IMG/VR virus record: IMGVR_UViG_3300030330_000815 | Coordinates: 1-56,058 of that record | Length of the DNA: 56,058 bases | Direction: 5' to 3' (one strand) | Source of the DNA: a virus | Taxonomy: Duplodnaviria; Caudoviricetes | Shown here: one piece after another, positions 1 through 8,926 of the stretch | Layout: each line of letters opens with the position of its first letter | Numbering within the stretch: position 1 is the first letter of the stretch | The notes under the pieces: generated by a model | Databases searched by the model: none | Seen by the model: only the letters and a program-made list of their open reading frames with translations | Told to the model about the DNA's origin: nothing | Position numbers and translations under genes: made by a program

Positions 1-1440
1 GTTTCTTGGTTTGATCCACACCCATCCCGGTGTAAAAGTCGAATTACCTGATTGATTTATTTCTTGAGTAGAAGAGTTTCCTGAATACAAGGTTGTCTGA
101 AAATACTTTGACGGATCGGCAATGGTTGGGTTAGATAGGTTGGCGGCAGTCAATTCCTTAAAGTCTGTTGTTGGCGTACCGCTAAGTGGCGAAAAAGTAG
201 CAGTAATTATGGTGCCGGAGGCATAAGGTGCACAACCAAAGTGAAGCGAATTATGTCCACTTAAACCAGTCGTCGCACTGTGGATGCTGGAACCGTCATC
301 AAAAAATTCCAGCGTGTCGGTCGCGCTATCGTATTCCAACCGCATGAGTGAGTTGGCTGCGCCTGTTCCAAGGTCCGTGACCAGACTGCCATTTTTGACA
401 ATCTCTCCGGTTCCAAGGTTATAAAAATAACCGTAGTTATTTCCCGTCGTCGCGGTATGATTTCCGAGTTGATACAGACCGATATAGCCAAATGTGCCTG
501 ACGATTTTTGAAACTCGCAAACGTGCTTGCCGCCATCGTCTACGGCGAACGTAGACACCGCCCATTGGTAACTGTTGCCCGTTGCCGTTGCTACGAGACT
601 GCCATCCGAAAGCCCTGCACCGGCCCAAAGAGGGTTCAAGGTCGATTGGTTATTAGTCGGGCTATCCGTAACCTGATCGTTTGCAGCTAGGCCACTGCTG
701 GTAAAGTCGTTGCCGTTGCCACTACTGTCATTACCAAGGTCAGAACTATCTTCGCCTTTTATGTAAAATCCTTGATTTCCGTAAGACCCTCCATACTTCT
801 TTGGAATCCATTGACCTGTATTACTATTATTTTCTCCAAAATCAGTTGGAGCAAGTTGCTGACCATCAATGAAATGTATTTCAGCCATATACCCATCAAT
901 GCATACCGGTGAAGAAGTTGCATTAAACGCATATGCGCCGATTGCCTGTGTCTTACCACTAGTAAGAGTAGCAACCGCCGTGTCTTGAGCAACGTAAGTT
1001 TCAGTCGCAAAATCTGAAACTTGTGATCCGTTTACATAAAGTTTAGTTCTGTTACTTTCTGTCGATTGAGTCGTATCCATTGAAAGAACAATGTGATACC
1101 AGCTTGCAGGATCACGGAAAACTTGATTGGTTTTGAGCTCGTACCACGAGCCGGTGTAGATAGCCAGATATAAAACGTCATTTGACCACCTGAAAATATC
1201 TCTAGAGACTGATGTATCACCCGGCGTAGCAGAGGAAAAAAGAGACCTTGCAGAAGTGTCGTTATAGAACGTGGTGGGCTTTATCCATGTGCTAAATGTA
1301 AATTTCTTTGTGCTTGTTGGCGTACCCACTGTGCGTAAAAGATAAGGGTCATCCCCGTTATTGAACCGAATTGACTGTTCAATTTCATATCCAGCAGTTA
1401 CACCAGAAGCACCCAAAAGAAGATTGTTATTAAATACCAT
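1..1440 (-). CDS. Tail fibre / receptor-binding protein with LamG (ConA-like) domain, N-terminal part, runs off window start
   Basis: Not in ORF track. Spot-translated from ATG at 1440: MVFNNNLLLGASGVTAGYEIEQSIRFNNGDDPYL..KFTFSTWIK..VFRDPASWYHIVL, and in the same frame FTPGWVWIKPRN at position 1. Continues in 55256-56058. Confidence 0.85.
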   Translation of the reverse strand, partial: MVFNNNLLLGASGVTAGYEIEQSIRFNNGDDPYLLRTVGTPTSTKKFTFSTWIKPTTFYNDTSARSLFSSATPGDTSVSRDIFRWSNDVLYLAIYTGSWYELKTNQVFRDPASWYHIVLSMDTTQSTESNRTKLYVNGSQVSDFATETYVAQDTAVATLTSGKTQAIGAYAFNATSSPVCIDGYMAEIHFIDGQQLAPTDFGENNSNTGQWIPKKYGGSYGNQGFYIKGEDSSDLGNDSSGNGNDFTSSGLAANDQVTDSPTNNQSTLNPLWAGAGLSDGSLVATATGNSYQWAVSTFAVDDGGKHVCEFQKSSGTFGYIGLYQLGNHTATTGNNYGYFYNLGTGEIVKNGSLVTDLGTGAANSLMRLEYDSATDTLEFFDDGSSIHSATTGLSGHNSLHFGCAPYASGTIITATFSPLSGTPTTDFKELTAANLSNPTIADPSKYFQTTLYSGNSSTQEINQSGNSTFTPGWVWIKPRN

Positions 1441-1441
1441 T

Positions 1442-2332
1442 TTATTTCACATCCAAACTAGCAACGGCTTGAACAGCAGTTGAAGTATATGCAATGTAAT
1501 CAATTCTATCAACTGCAGAAGCACCTGTACTTAATGTAGGAGCAGTTCCTCCAACAAATTTCCAGTTACCTCCATAAGACAGTGTTCTACTGCCTGTTCC
1601 GTCTTGAATAATAAAAATACTACCTACTTGTCCAGCAACACAATTAGTCGGGCTTTCTAACGTTCTGTTACCTGCAAGCTGTACAGCAAAGTTTTGTCCA
1701 TCATTAAAGCTTACTGCAATACTAGTTCCATCTGTGAGACTAACAACATCTGCTACAGCAGCTTTACCTATATGAAGTTCTTTTCCTAAAAGGCTGTCTA
1801 CTCCAATAGCAACAGCACTTACATAAATATCAGTACCACTAACTATTCCTGTAAGAGTTCCACCAGAAAGAGGAAGATGATTACCAATACTTGTTGCCAT
1901 TGTTGCAGAAAGCGTAGCTACCGTTGAAGAAGTAGCCACATTTTCGCCATCAACAGTTAACGTACCTGCATTTAAACTTGTTGCTGAAACTGTTGCAAAG
2001 TTAGGAGAACCACTAACTGCAACAGCTTTATCAGAAGGATAAGTAACAAAAACATCTTTAGTACCAGCAGAAAAATCAACTGCTGATCCACCATTAGATG
2101 ATTGTAAAACGGTAGTACGAGCTAATGTAGTTCCACTAGCTGTATAAGTTCCAATACCTACTTCCCACTCAGGCGTTCCAGCATTTTGATGAACAGCCGC
2201 ATAGTAAGTAGTATTTGCATTTCCGATAGCAGAAAAAGATTGAAAACCCGCAACGGCTCCCGCTAAAGTTAGAGTTCCGGTTCCAGTGGTAGTCGTAGTT
2301 TCTTTTACTCTATCTTTTAAAACAAGAGCCAT
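1442..2332 (-). CDS. Tail fibre / fibre adaptor protein
   Basis: MALVLKDRVKETTTTTGTGTLTL N-terminus typical of marine podovirus fibres; T/S/G-rich; C-terminal QDGTGSRTL..W.F.GG.AP domain. Confidence 0.7.
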   Translation of the reverse strand: MALVLKDRVKETTTTTGTGTLTLAGAVAGFQSFSAIGNANTTYYAAVHQNAGTPEWEVGIGTYTASGTTLARTTVLQSSNGGSAVDFSAGTKDVFVTYPSDKAVAVSGSPNFATVSATSLNAGTLTVDGENVATSSTVATLSATMATSIGNHLPLSGGTLTGIVSGTDIYVSAVAIGVDSLLGKELHIGKAAVADVVSLTDGTSIAVSFNDGQNFAVQLAGNRTLESPTNCVAGQVGSIFIIQDGTGSRTLSYGGNWKFVGGTAPTLSTGASAVDRIDYIAYTSTAVQAVASLDVK

Positions 2333-2351
2333 AACAATTAATCCTTAATAA

Positions 2352-2798
2352 TTAGTTAAGGCGAACAATAGCCGCTGCACTTGTAGCAGAAGGAATAGTT
2401 AGCTGGAATGTACCATTGGTGACTGTTTTATCTCCACCAAAATCGTAGACCGCAATAACTTTGTTACTATTTGTTTCATTGTAAAGAATAGCGCCACGAG
2501 CAGTAAAAGTAACACTTGTAAAGCTGACATCAGAAAAGTCTACAACACCAGATGAGCTTACATTTGAAACAGTGACATCGGTAACGGTAAGACCGCCAGT
2601 AATATAACCACTGTCTCCAGTTCCACCCGCTGTTCCAGAAATTTCACCACTGATGCTGGCAATCGTATCGGGACCACCATTTGAAGCACTTCCACTCGCA
2701 GACACAAGAGCAATGCGAAGAGTGTCCGAAGGAAGATTGTGCTGTTCCAGCATCACATCTTTTTTAAAAACAATATTAATACCAGACGTAATAGCCAT
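2352..2798 (-). CDS. Virion structural protein (conserved hypothetical)
   Basis: GYITGG..L, TARGAILYN, DFGGDKT.TNGTF motifs; morphogenesis context. Confidence 0.6.
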   Translation of the reverse strand: MAITSGINIVFKKDVMLEQHNLPSDTLRIALVSASGSASNGGPDTIASISGEISGTAGGTGDSGYITGGLTVTDVTVSNVSSSGVVDFSDVSFTSVTFTARGAILYNETNSNKVIAVYDFGGDKTVTNGTFQLTIPSATSAAAIVRLN

Positions 2799-2812
2799 TT
2801 TTATTAACTCCG

Positions 2813-3076
2813 TTAGGGATTCAAAATTACAGTATCGTCAGGCGTCCAAGTAGCATCTGAGGTTGTGCTAGTTGTAGCCATGACAGTATCAGGACGTGCA
2901 TCCTTTAAAATTATTTCTTTTCTAATAACTGGAGACTTGTTTTGAGGATGGCTCTTTAAGTCATACGCTCCGTCAGACTCAGTCGGTCCAACAACAAATC
3001 CAGTAGATTCAATTATACGCTGTTCGTAAGGAAAACGAAAACCACTACGGTCACATATAAACCAAGCTTTCGGCAT
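2813..3076 (-). CDS. Conserved phage hypothetical protein
   Basis: ICDRSGFRFPY..HPQN..L.DARPD pattern; tightly packed in operon. Confidence 0.6.
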   Translation of the reverse strand: MPKAWFICDRSGFRFPYEQRIIESTGFVVGPTESDGAYDLKSHPQNKSPVIRKEIILKDARPDTVMATTSTTSDATWTPDDTVILNP

Positions 3077-3748
3077 TTAAATCGTCCTTAAACGTGGAAC
3101 GGCTCTAAAAGAAACACGCTCTCTATCTTCTTCCATTGCTTGTAAAAGTTGTTCTTCATAATGATTTTTAAGTATCTGGCTGCGTTGAGCACTGATACCG
3201 GGACGCTTCAAAGAAAGGTAATAAGCAAGACCACTTACCAAGCAAGGAAGAAAACGATAAGGAACGTCCGCATTATCTGAAGAATTATTAAAGTCATTTG
3301 TACGATTAACCGTCCACATACGAACAATATCTGTACTGTTCTCAGGAGTAGGCCACACATAAATATCAACATTGTCTCGCTGACGATGAGTAGCAAACTG
3401 TATGGGACGACCTGTCGTTGTTTTATCAGGAATTTTGAGATACTCTTCCATAGAAATACGATCCATTTCTATGTCTTGATTATCTCTTCGAATGATTGCT
3501 TCAGTAACTGCTACTACATCTTCTGCTAAAGAATAGCTAGCAGTACCATCAGTCATAGTTTGATTTGTAAAACCTGTCTTCCAAAGAAGAATGCCGCGAT
3601 TAGACCAATCAGTAAGTAAAAGATTTAAAGAGCGACGAGCAGTTCTGCTATCCTGACCTGTGTTAGCCGGACCTCCTAAATGCTCAAAGGCATCTTGAAT
3701 AATCTCATCTATATCAAGATTAAAGTCTGTTGTAGTAGAAACCGACAT
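3077..3748 (-). CDS. Head-tail adaptor / head completion protein
   Basis: ARRSLNLLLTDWSNRG, TGRP.QF, WPTP, VPYRFLPCLVSGLAYYLS motifs; downstream of capsid gene. Confidence 0.65.
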   Translation of the reverse strand: MSVSTTTDFNLDIDEIIQDAFEHLGGPANTGQDSRTARRSLNLLLTDWSNRGILLWKTGFTNQTMTDGTASYSLAEDVVAVTEAIIRRDNQDIEMDRISMEEYLKIPDKTTTGRPIQFATHRQRDNVDIYVWPTPENSTDIVRMWTVNRTNDFNNSSDNADVPYRFLPCLVSGLAYYLSLKRPGISAQRSQILKNHYEEQLLQAMEEDRERVSFRAVPRLRTI

Positions 3749-3749
3749 G

Positions 3750-4049
3750 TTAACATCTCCAACGCTTACGTGCTTGACGTAAACGACTATTAGGATTTTT
3801 AGCAGCTTTAGGAAACTTTTTCATTTGTCCTGCTGATCTTGCACAATAAGACTTACGCCTTGCTGAACGTGCTTTAGAAGGTTTCTTTTCAGTTACGGCT
3901 GTTTTAAGTTTAGAACCGGGATTCTGTCTACGATACTTAGCAACACCTTTCTTGGTCATTCCTGCACCAGACTTAGTGGGACGTTTATCGCCACTCTTGA
4001 TGCTCATGCCCTTCATGCCTTTGCCGGTACGTTTTTTTACAGCCATCAT
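3750..4049 (-). CDS. Very basic small protein (DUF6321-like), probable DNA-binding/core protein
   Basis: K/R-rich; NPGSKLK..RRKSYCARS..PNSRL..AR.RW.C pattern recalled from family. Confidence 0.65.
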   Translation of the reverse strand: MMAVKKRTGKGMKGMSIKSGDKRPTKSGAGMTKKGVAKYRRQNPGSKLKTAVTEKKPSKARSARRKSYCARSAGQMKKFPKAAKNPNSRLRQARKRWRC

Positions 4050-4306
4050 TTAACCTTTCTATATTTTCTTACCTTCTTTGCAATTTTCTTAGGCTGCTTA
4101 GAAACTTGTTTTCCCTTCTTAGTAGCTTTACGCTTTGCACGAGTTGTAGCAGCGTATTCTTTGCTATTAAGAGATTTGATTGCTTTTTCTGGTAAGTATC
4201 TTTCACCTGTAGCTTTTGGACCTTGAGTAGAAGGTTTACCAGACTTGGTACGCCATTTCTGTTTTGTCCAAGCAGTTAGACTGCGCTGTGACTTTTTTTT
4301 AGCCAC
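4046..4306 (-). CDS. Basic protein, DUF5872-like C-terminal half
   Basis: SL..WTKQKW.TKSG..GERYLP.KA...L motif; GTG start. Confidence 0.6.
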   Translation of the reverse strand: MAKKKSQRSLTAWTKQKWRTKSGKPSTQGPKATGERYLPEKAIKSLNSKEYAATTRAKRKATKKGKQVSKQPKKIAKKVRKYRKVK

Positions 4307-4307
4307 T

Positions 4308-4412
4308 TTATTTTCCAGTAATAGCTTTAATCACTGCTTTGCAACGTGCAATAATACATTTGCAAATACGAATAACTAAATGCACAAGGCAAAATTTACA
4401 TTCGCATTTCAT
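4308..4412 (-). CDS. 34-aa Cys-rich peptide MKCECKFCLVHLVIRICKCIIARCKAVIKAITGK
   Basis: Hand-translated; ATGA overlap with upstream stop; fills the gap exactly. Confidence 0.55.
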   Translation of the reverse strand: MKCECKFCLVHLVIRICKCIIARCKAVIKAITGK

Positions 4413-4765
4413 GATTTGTAGCCTCCTCCAGCTTCTTTGTAACGTTTCGCTAGCATTTGAGCTTTCCGAGCACTCCACTGTCCCGGCTTTCCGCCCTTTC
4501 CACCAGCCTTGATAGCATTAAACATGCGCTTTCGCATTTCTGGTTTCGTATAATTACCAGCTTCGTTTACACGCGACTTTGGTTTTTTAGTTGCTCCACC
4601 TGTAGCTTTTTTAACTACTGGCTTTTTCTTAGCTGGTTTCTTTTTAGATTTACCTGCAGTACTCAAAGCAATAGCTACCGCCTGTTTTTGAGGACGGCCC
4701 TCTTTTCTAAGTTTACGTATGTTTTTGGATACCTTCTTTTTAGACTTACCTTTTGCTAAAGGCAT
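4409..4765 (-). CDS. Basic protein, DUF5872-like N-terminal half
   Basis: NYTKP..RKR..IKAGGKGGKPGQWSARKAQ..A..YK..GGGY motif. Confidence 0.65.
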   Translation of the reverse strand: MPLAKGKSKKKVSKNIRKLRKEGRPQKQAVAIALSTAGKSKKKPAKKKPVVKKATGGATKKPKSRVNEAGNYTKPEMRKRMFNAIKAGGKGGKPGQWSARKAQMLAKRYKEAGGGYKS

Positions 4766-4769
4766 TATT

Positions 4770-4859
4770 TTAACCTACTACTATTGTAGCATAAACACTC
4801 GTTGCAACAGAGACGTGTGTAGTTGAGTACACATAAATAGCAGTAACATTAGTAGACAT
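4770..4859 (-). CDS. 29-aa peptide MSTNVTAIYVYSTTHVSVATSVYATIVVG (possible internally deleted gene)
   Basis: Hand-translated; AAGGA RBS upstream; lies between capsid terminator and next gene. Confidence 0.45.
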   Translation of the reverse strand: MSTNVTAIYVYSTTHVSVATSVYATIVVG

Positions 4860-4886
4860 AATTTTTCCTTTACTTTACTTTATAGT

Positions 4887-4919
4887 AAAAAGGGAGCGCC
4901 AACAAAAGCTAACGCTCCC
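4887..4919 (-). terminator. Rho-independent terminator after major capsid gene
   Basis: Minus strand GGGAGCGTTAGC-TTTT-GTTGGCGCTCCC-TTTTT. Confidence 0.85.
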
Positions 4920-4946
4920 CTCTAATACTAAACTACTTGTCAGTTA

Positions 4947-5882
4947 TCAGGAAGAACCTGCGTTACCAACCCAGTTACGCCAATCTGACCAGCCGAAGCT
5001 GTACCGTTCACGAGCTTTGAAGCGAAGGTTTCCGGTATCGAAATCCGGTTCCATTTTCGTAGCCAGCGGAGCACGAGTAAACATTTTCGTGCCATTCGGA
5101 ACGTCAGTTTTAACAAACCAAGCATTCGTATCAGTGAAGCGATGGTTAACAAAGCAACCATCCGGCATCACACCCATCGAACGAACCGCGTTAACGTCGT
5201 TTCGATTCGTGATACCATCCGAGCCGTGCGTAGCCGTCCGAGTGCTCAGATCAGAGTAGAGAACTTTCTCTGCCGTGAACTGAAGGTCCGGCGGAACATG
5301 CAGCGAACGCGGCATAGCACCAATAAGAATATCACGGTCGTCTTTCAGCTTCTGAATCGTGATAACTGCCGTTTCAAGCGAAGCTTCCGAAAGATCAGCA
5401 CCCGTCAGGTTATTGTCCTGACTGGAGCCGCCAACGGTTGGATGAGAATCCGAGAACAACGCAACACCGTCACCACCAGCATAATTAGCATCGAATCCGT
5501 TGTTAAACACATTCGCCGCTTTAACCTGCTTGGTAGAAGCCATAGCACGAGCAAGCGCACGAGCACGAATTTTAGCAAACGTGTCGTACAGGTTGTCTTC
5601 CATAGCTTCTTCAGTGACAGCAAACGCAAGAGCAATCGTCTCATGCGTATACCGCGAAGTCCAGCTTTCCTGAGCCGTATCATATTCAACAGCCGCACCT
5701 TCGGCCTTCACAGGAGCTTCACCGAAAGCAGTCATCAAGACTTCTTCTTCAAACGCCCGATCAGAGTTTTCCGTCTCATAAAGAGGAGCATGCTCATCTT
5801 CAATCGAGTTGTACTCAATGCCAAAAATAGCATTAAGGCCGGGAAGAAGCTGTTTGGAAATATTTGAGCGATTAATAGCCAT
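4947..5882 (-). CDS. Major capsid protein (HK97 fold, Mu gpT-like family)
   Basis: LLPGLNA.FG.EY, SDRAFEEEV, GDGVALFS.SHP, DFDTGN.RFKARERYSFG motifs; strongly biased codon use; followed by terminator. Confidence 0.9.
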   Translation of the reverse strand: MAINRSNISKQLLPGLNAIFGIEYNSIEDEHAPLYETENSDRAFEEEVLMTAFGEAPVKAEGAAVEYDTAQESWTSRYTHETIALAFAVTEEAMEDNLYDTFAKIRARALARAMASTKQVKAANVFNNGFDANYAGGDGVALFSDSHPTVGGSSQDNNLTGADLSEASLETAVITIQKLKDDRDILIGAMPRSLHVPPDLQFTAEKVLYSDLSTRTATHGSDGITNRNDVNAVRSMGVMPDGCFVNHRFTDTNAWFVKTDVPNGTKMFTRAPLATKMEPDFDTGNLRFKARERYSFGWSDWRNWVGNAGSS

Positions 5883-5896
5883 TTTTCCTACTTCCC

Positions 5897-6472
5897 TTAG
5901 TTAACCGAGAGATAAGCGTCAATGTGCTGAACGATCCGAACTAAAACCTTCGGATTTGCATCACCTAACTCATTACCCGGAATGTCATACGAACCGACGA
6001 CACGAACCATCTGAGCGATAGTAGTGTCACGGGTAGCAACCTTGATACCCATGCCCGAACGACCAGTTAAAGTACTACCCGAACCAAGCGTAACCGCAAA
6101 GTTCGCGCTTTCCACATCACCAAGCGAGACAGTCGCGTCAGCTTGCATAACATAAATAGCAGACGGATCATCAACAACAAAGGCATGAGGAGTTGCATCA
6201 GCCGACGAAGTAGACGCCGGCCAATACTTACCATATACCGGACGCTTGGAAACGGGATCAACATATTCACAACCCATGAAAACACCCTGTGCAATATCAG
6301 TGGTCGTGGCAATGGGCTGAATAGTACCTGCACTTACCTTAACGATATCTCCCGTAAAGATGTCAGACGCAAAAGTATTAGCAATACGATATCGATTCTG
6401 ACCACCCGAATTGGGTGAGCTACCGCGCATACGTGCAGGAACAGCCCCATTTAGAGCTTTAGAAAGAGCCAT
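5897..6472 (-). CDS. Capsid decoration/cement protein (putative)
   Basis: IFTGD.V, GVFMGCEY.DP, V.DDP motifs; GGAGG RBS; directly upstream of MCP. Confidence 0.6.
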   Translation of the reverse strand: MALSKALNGAVPARMRGSSPNSGGQNRYRIANTFASDIFTGDIVKVSAGTIQPIATTTDIAQGVFMGCEYVDPVSKRPVYGKYWPASTSSADATPHAFVVDDPSAIYVMQADATVSLGDVESANFAVTLGSGSTLTGRSGMGIKVATRDTTIAQMVRVVGSYDIPGNELGDANPKVLVRIVQHIDAYLSVN

Positions 6473-6492
6473 AGCACTTTCCTCCTAACATA

Positions 6493-6560
6493 TTAGAGTT
6501 AAAAATTAGATCAACCATCAAAACGAGCGGATCGACCCGTGCTAACTTTGGATTTACTTG
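6493..6560 (-). repeat. 68-bp long-range inverted repeat, copy A
   Basis: Reverse complement matches 16794-16861 at 67/68 nt. Confidence 0.95.
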
Positions 6561-7047
6561 AATCGGTAACGGGAGCACGACGATCAGGACGATCATTACG
6601 CAGACGAGAATTTACTGCTTCTTCTAACTGTGCTGTACGCTTTCGAACTGCAAGGCGACGTGCCTCTGCATATTCTAAAGGTTGTTTAGCAAGAGCTACG
6701 TCACCACGAACAATACAGCCAGCTAATGATCCTGACTCCATAACACGAAAGCCACTAGCCATTTCAGGACATTCATCAGCCATCACAAATTCCCAGCCTT
6801 CACGCTGTTTGCGACCTATGTTCTGATGGTCATCCTGACCTCTAAGCATAATGCGTATCCACATCAGCCCGAAGCCCTGTCCTTCAAAATCGTCTTTTAC
6901 GCTTTGCGGAATTGCAAGCCAATCGTCGTTTTCAAAGATTTCCATAGCTTCACGAGAAACGTTAATACGTTCTTTGCCAGTACGCTTTGTTTTCTTTAAC
7001 GTCTTCTTTTCTTCGTTCACTTCGTTTTCAAGTTCAATCTGAGTCAT
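6511..7047 (-). CDS. Conserved head-module hypothetical protein
   Basis: WIR..REGWEFV..GD.AL.K motif; between scaffold and decoration genes. Confidence 0.7.
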   Translation of the reverse strand: MTQIELENEVNEEKKTLKKTKRTGKERINVSREAMEIFENDDWLAIPQSVKDDFEGQGFGLMWIRIMLRGQDDHQNIGRKQREGWEFVMADECPEMASGFRVMESGSLAGCIVRGDVALAKQPLEYAEARRLAVRKRTAQLEEAVNSRLRNDRPDRRAPVTDSSKSKVSTGRSARFDG

Positions 7048-7063
7048 AATTTATCTCCGCGCT

Positions 7064-8086
7064 TTAAAGAACTGCAGTATATTCGCCATCCGCTTTATCA
7101 GCTTTGGCTTTTTCGGCAGCATATCGTTCAAGAGGTATATTCCATTTTTTAGCTAAACGCACGTCTTCTTGACTGAGTTTAACCTTTTTTGGAGCAGGTG
7201 TGCGCGATTGCCCTGCGACCACTTGCTTCGGCCTTGACGTTTTGACCGACGACGAAACTTCTTCCTCAACATCCTCTTCTATCTGAGTATTATTCTGAGT
7301 AGAAAACTTGTGAGGTAATTCACTTTTCAGACGGCGATCTACTTCACGATAATAATCTTCTGAAGAAGGATCATAACCGTTCTGTTTTAGTTCACTGTCA
7401 ATAGCCAAAGCTACTGCAGTAGCCGTCTGATCTTGCCCAAACCAAGGATTACGCGCTGCCCAATCTCTCGCTTTAGGATCGTAATTTTCATAACCAGCAT
7501 CGTTCTGTTGAGATTCTACAGACTGACGACGCTCTTCTTCTTGAGCAGCCATCCACTGTTTACGCTGATTCAGTAATTTAATTTCTGTCTGAGCATCAGA
7601 AATTTCTTCTTGTGCTTTAAGAAGATTGTCCTGATCACCATTATTATAAGCTTGTTTAAAAGTAGAACGAGCACTTTCAAGCTTCTGCTGAAGTTGCTGT
7701 TCAGTTGCTGTTACTAACTGCTCTTGGCTAGAATACTGCTCTTGTTGTGCTTTCTGTTGAAAAGCTTTTAGTTCAGCTAATTCTTTTTTCATGGCATCAA
7801 TAGCTTCGTCACGCTCTTTGCGCTGACCAACTAGCTGACGAATACGCTTCTGCGCCCCATCAGTTTCGATGCCTTCTAATTCAGGAACACTTTCTTCTTG
7901 TTCTTCTTTTGAAGACGGTTCCTCTTTTTCTTTGATAACTTCAGTTTCAACAGTAGCCTCTATTTTAGGTTCAGGCTCTTCTGTCTTCACATCCGCATCT
8001 AGTTCAAAATCTACTTTATTCTGATCCTGACCTTCTTCATAAGAACTAAGGTCAAGTTCATTCCAATCATTTTCATTCTCAGACAT
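7064..8086 (-). CDS. Capsid scaffolding protein (putative)
   Basis: Acidic coiled coil; DPKA..WA..N.WFG; C-terminal VKLS..A...L..YA helix; gene position. Confidence 0.7.
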   Translation of the reverse strand: MSENENDWNELDLSSYEEGQDQNKVDFELDADVKTEEPEPKIEATVETEVIKEKEEPSSKEEQEESVPELEGIETDGAQKRIRQLVGQRKERDEAIDAMKKELAELKAFQQKAQQEQYSSQEQLVTATEQQLQQKLESARSTFKQAYNNGDQDNLLKAQEEISDAQTEIKLLNQRKQWMAAQEEERRQSVESQQNDAGYENYDPKARDWAARNPWFGQDQTATAVALAIDSELKQNGYDPSSEDYYREVDRRLKSELPHKFSTQNNTQIEEDVEEEVSSSVKTSRPKQVVAGQSRTPAPKKVKLSQEDVRLAKKWNIPLERYAAEKAKADKADGEYTAVL

Positions 8087-8128
8087 TTTTACTTTCCCGC
8101 AGTAGCGAAATCTACGTTAACGCTAGTA

Positions 8129-8548
8129 TTAAACAGTTAGATCATGCATGGGATCAACGTCACTTGGATCATCGATACTCATCATAATCTGATCATCGTA
8201 CAAAAGAATATATCGAATACCTTTATATACAAACTTCTGTCCACTGTGTTTAGTATAACACACAAAGTCACCCTCACAACACCACGGTCCCTTGGGAAAC
8301 TTATCAACATCCATATAAGCAGTATCTCCTACTTTAACTACTTTGCCAACAGTAGTGAGATACTTCATGTCTTCTTTAAACTTATCAGGCAGCAAAATAC
8401 CACCTTTAGTTTCGCTACGAATAGCAAGAGGTCGAACTAGAATATGATAACCCGGAATCTCAGGAAGAACATCAGGGTCTTCTACTTCTGAGTTGGTAAT
8501 CCAATCGTCATTCATAATGGAACGTCCCATTTGAGGTTGAAAAGTCAC
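8129..8548 (-). CDS. groES: Co-chaperonin GroES (Cpn10)-like
   Basis: ILVRP..ETKGGILLPD..G.VV.VG..GD.V.Y..GQ..LL.DD.I. Confidence 0.85.
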   Translation of the reverse strand: MTFQPQMGRSIMNDDWITNSEVEDPDVLPEIPGYHILVRPLAIRSETKGGILLPDKFKEDMKYLTTVGKVVKVGDTAYMDVDKFPKGPWCCEGDFVCYTKHSGQKFVYKGIRYILLYDDQIMMSIDDPSDVDPMHDLTV

Positions 8549-8565
8549 AGGTAACTCCGTTAGAT

Positions 8566-8775
8566 TTAAAAGTCGTCGTCGTCTTCGTTCATCTCATTCA
8601 GAACATTAGACACGTAATTATCTAACAATTTAACTGCTTGTGTCAACCCCTCATGTATTCCAGTTACAAAACGGTATTCTTCAAAGGATTCGCAATTACC
8701 GTAAGCCAGTTGTTCTTTTATTTTTTCCTGTTCTTCAGCAAATATTTTTTTAACTTCATCAAACTCTGGAAACAT
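8566..8775 (-). CDS. Conserved hypothetical protein
   Basis: L..G...FEEYR..TG...GL pattern common upstream of phage GroES. Confidence 0.65.
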   Translation of the reverse strand: MFPEFDEVKKIFAEEQEKIKEQLAYGNCESFEEYRFVTGIHEGLTQAVKLLDNYVSNVLNEMNEDDDDF

Positions 8776-8778
8776 TGT

Positions 8779-8916
8779 TTAAATTTTCTTCACACCATTA
8801 GTAAAAAAAGATTGCTTCTTTAGCCTTTTCGGTACTTTTTTATAGTTAGTGTGTCGTTTCTTTTTTATCTTTTTAAATTCAATCTTATTAGATTTCTGAT
8901 GTTTTTTAAAAGCCAT
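8779..8916 (-). CDS. 45-aa Lys-rich peptide
   Basis: Hand-translated MAFKKHQKSNKIEFKKIKKKRHTNYKKVPKRLKKQSFFTNGVKKI; fills intergenic gap. Confidence 0.55.
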   Translation of the reverse strand: MAFKKHQKSNKIEFKKIKKKRHTNYKKVPKRLKKQSFFTNGVKKI

Positions 8917-8926
8917 CTCACTCTAC

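Noticed and set aside
261-1220. Short ORF-track calls (261-536, 437-628, 508-690, 759-1010, 1032-1220)
   Set aside because: Shadow frames of the fibre gene at 1-1440, which the track missed because it runs off the edge.
5142-5867. 241-aa antisense ORF over the capsid gene
   Set aside because: Explained by strong codon bias of the MCP; no RBS or recognisable motif.
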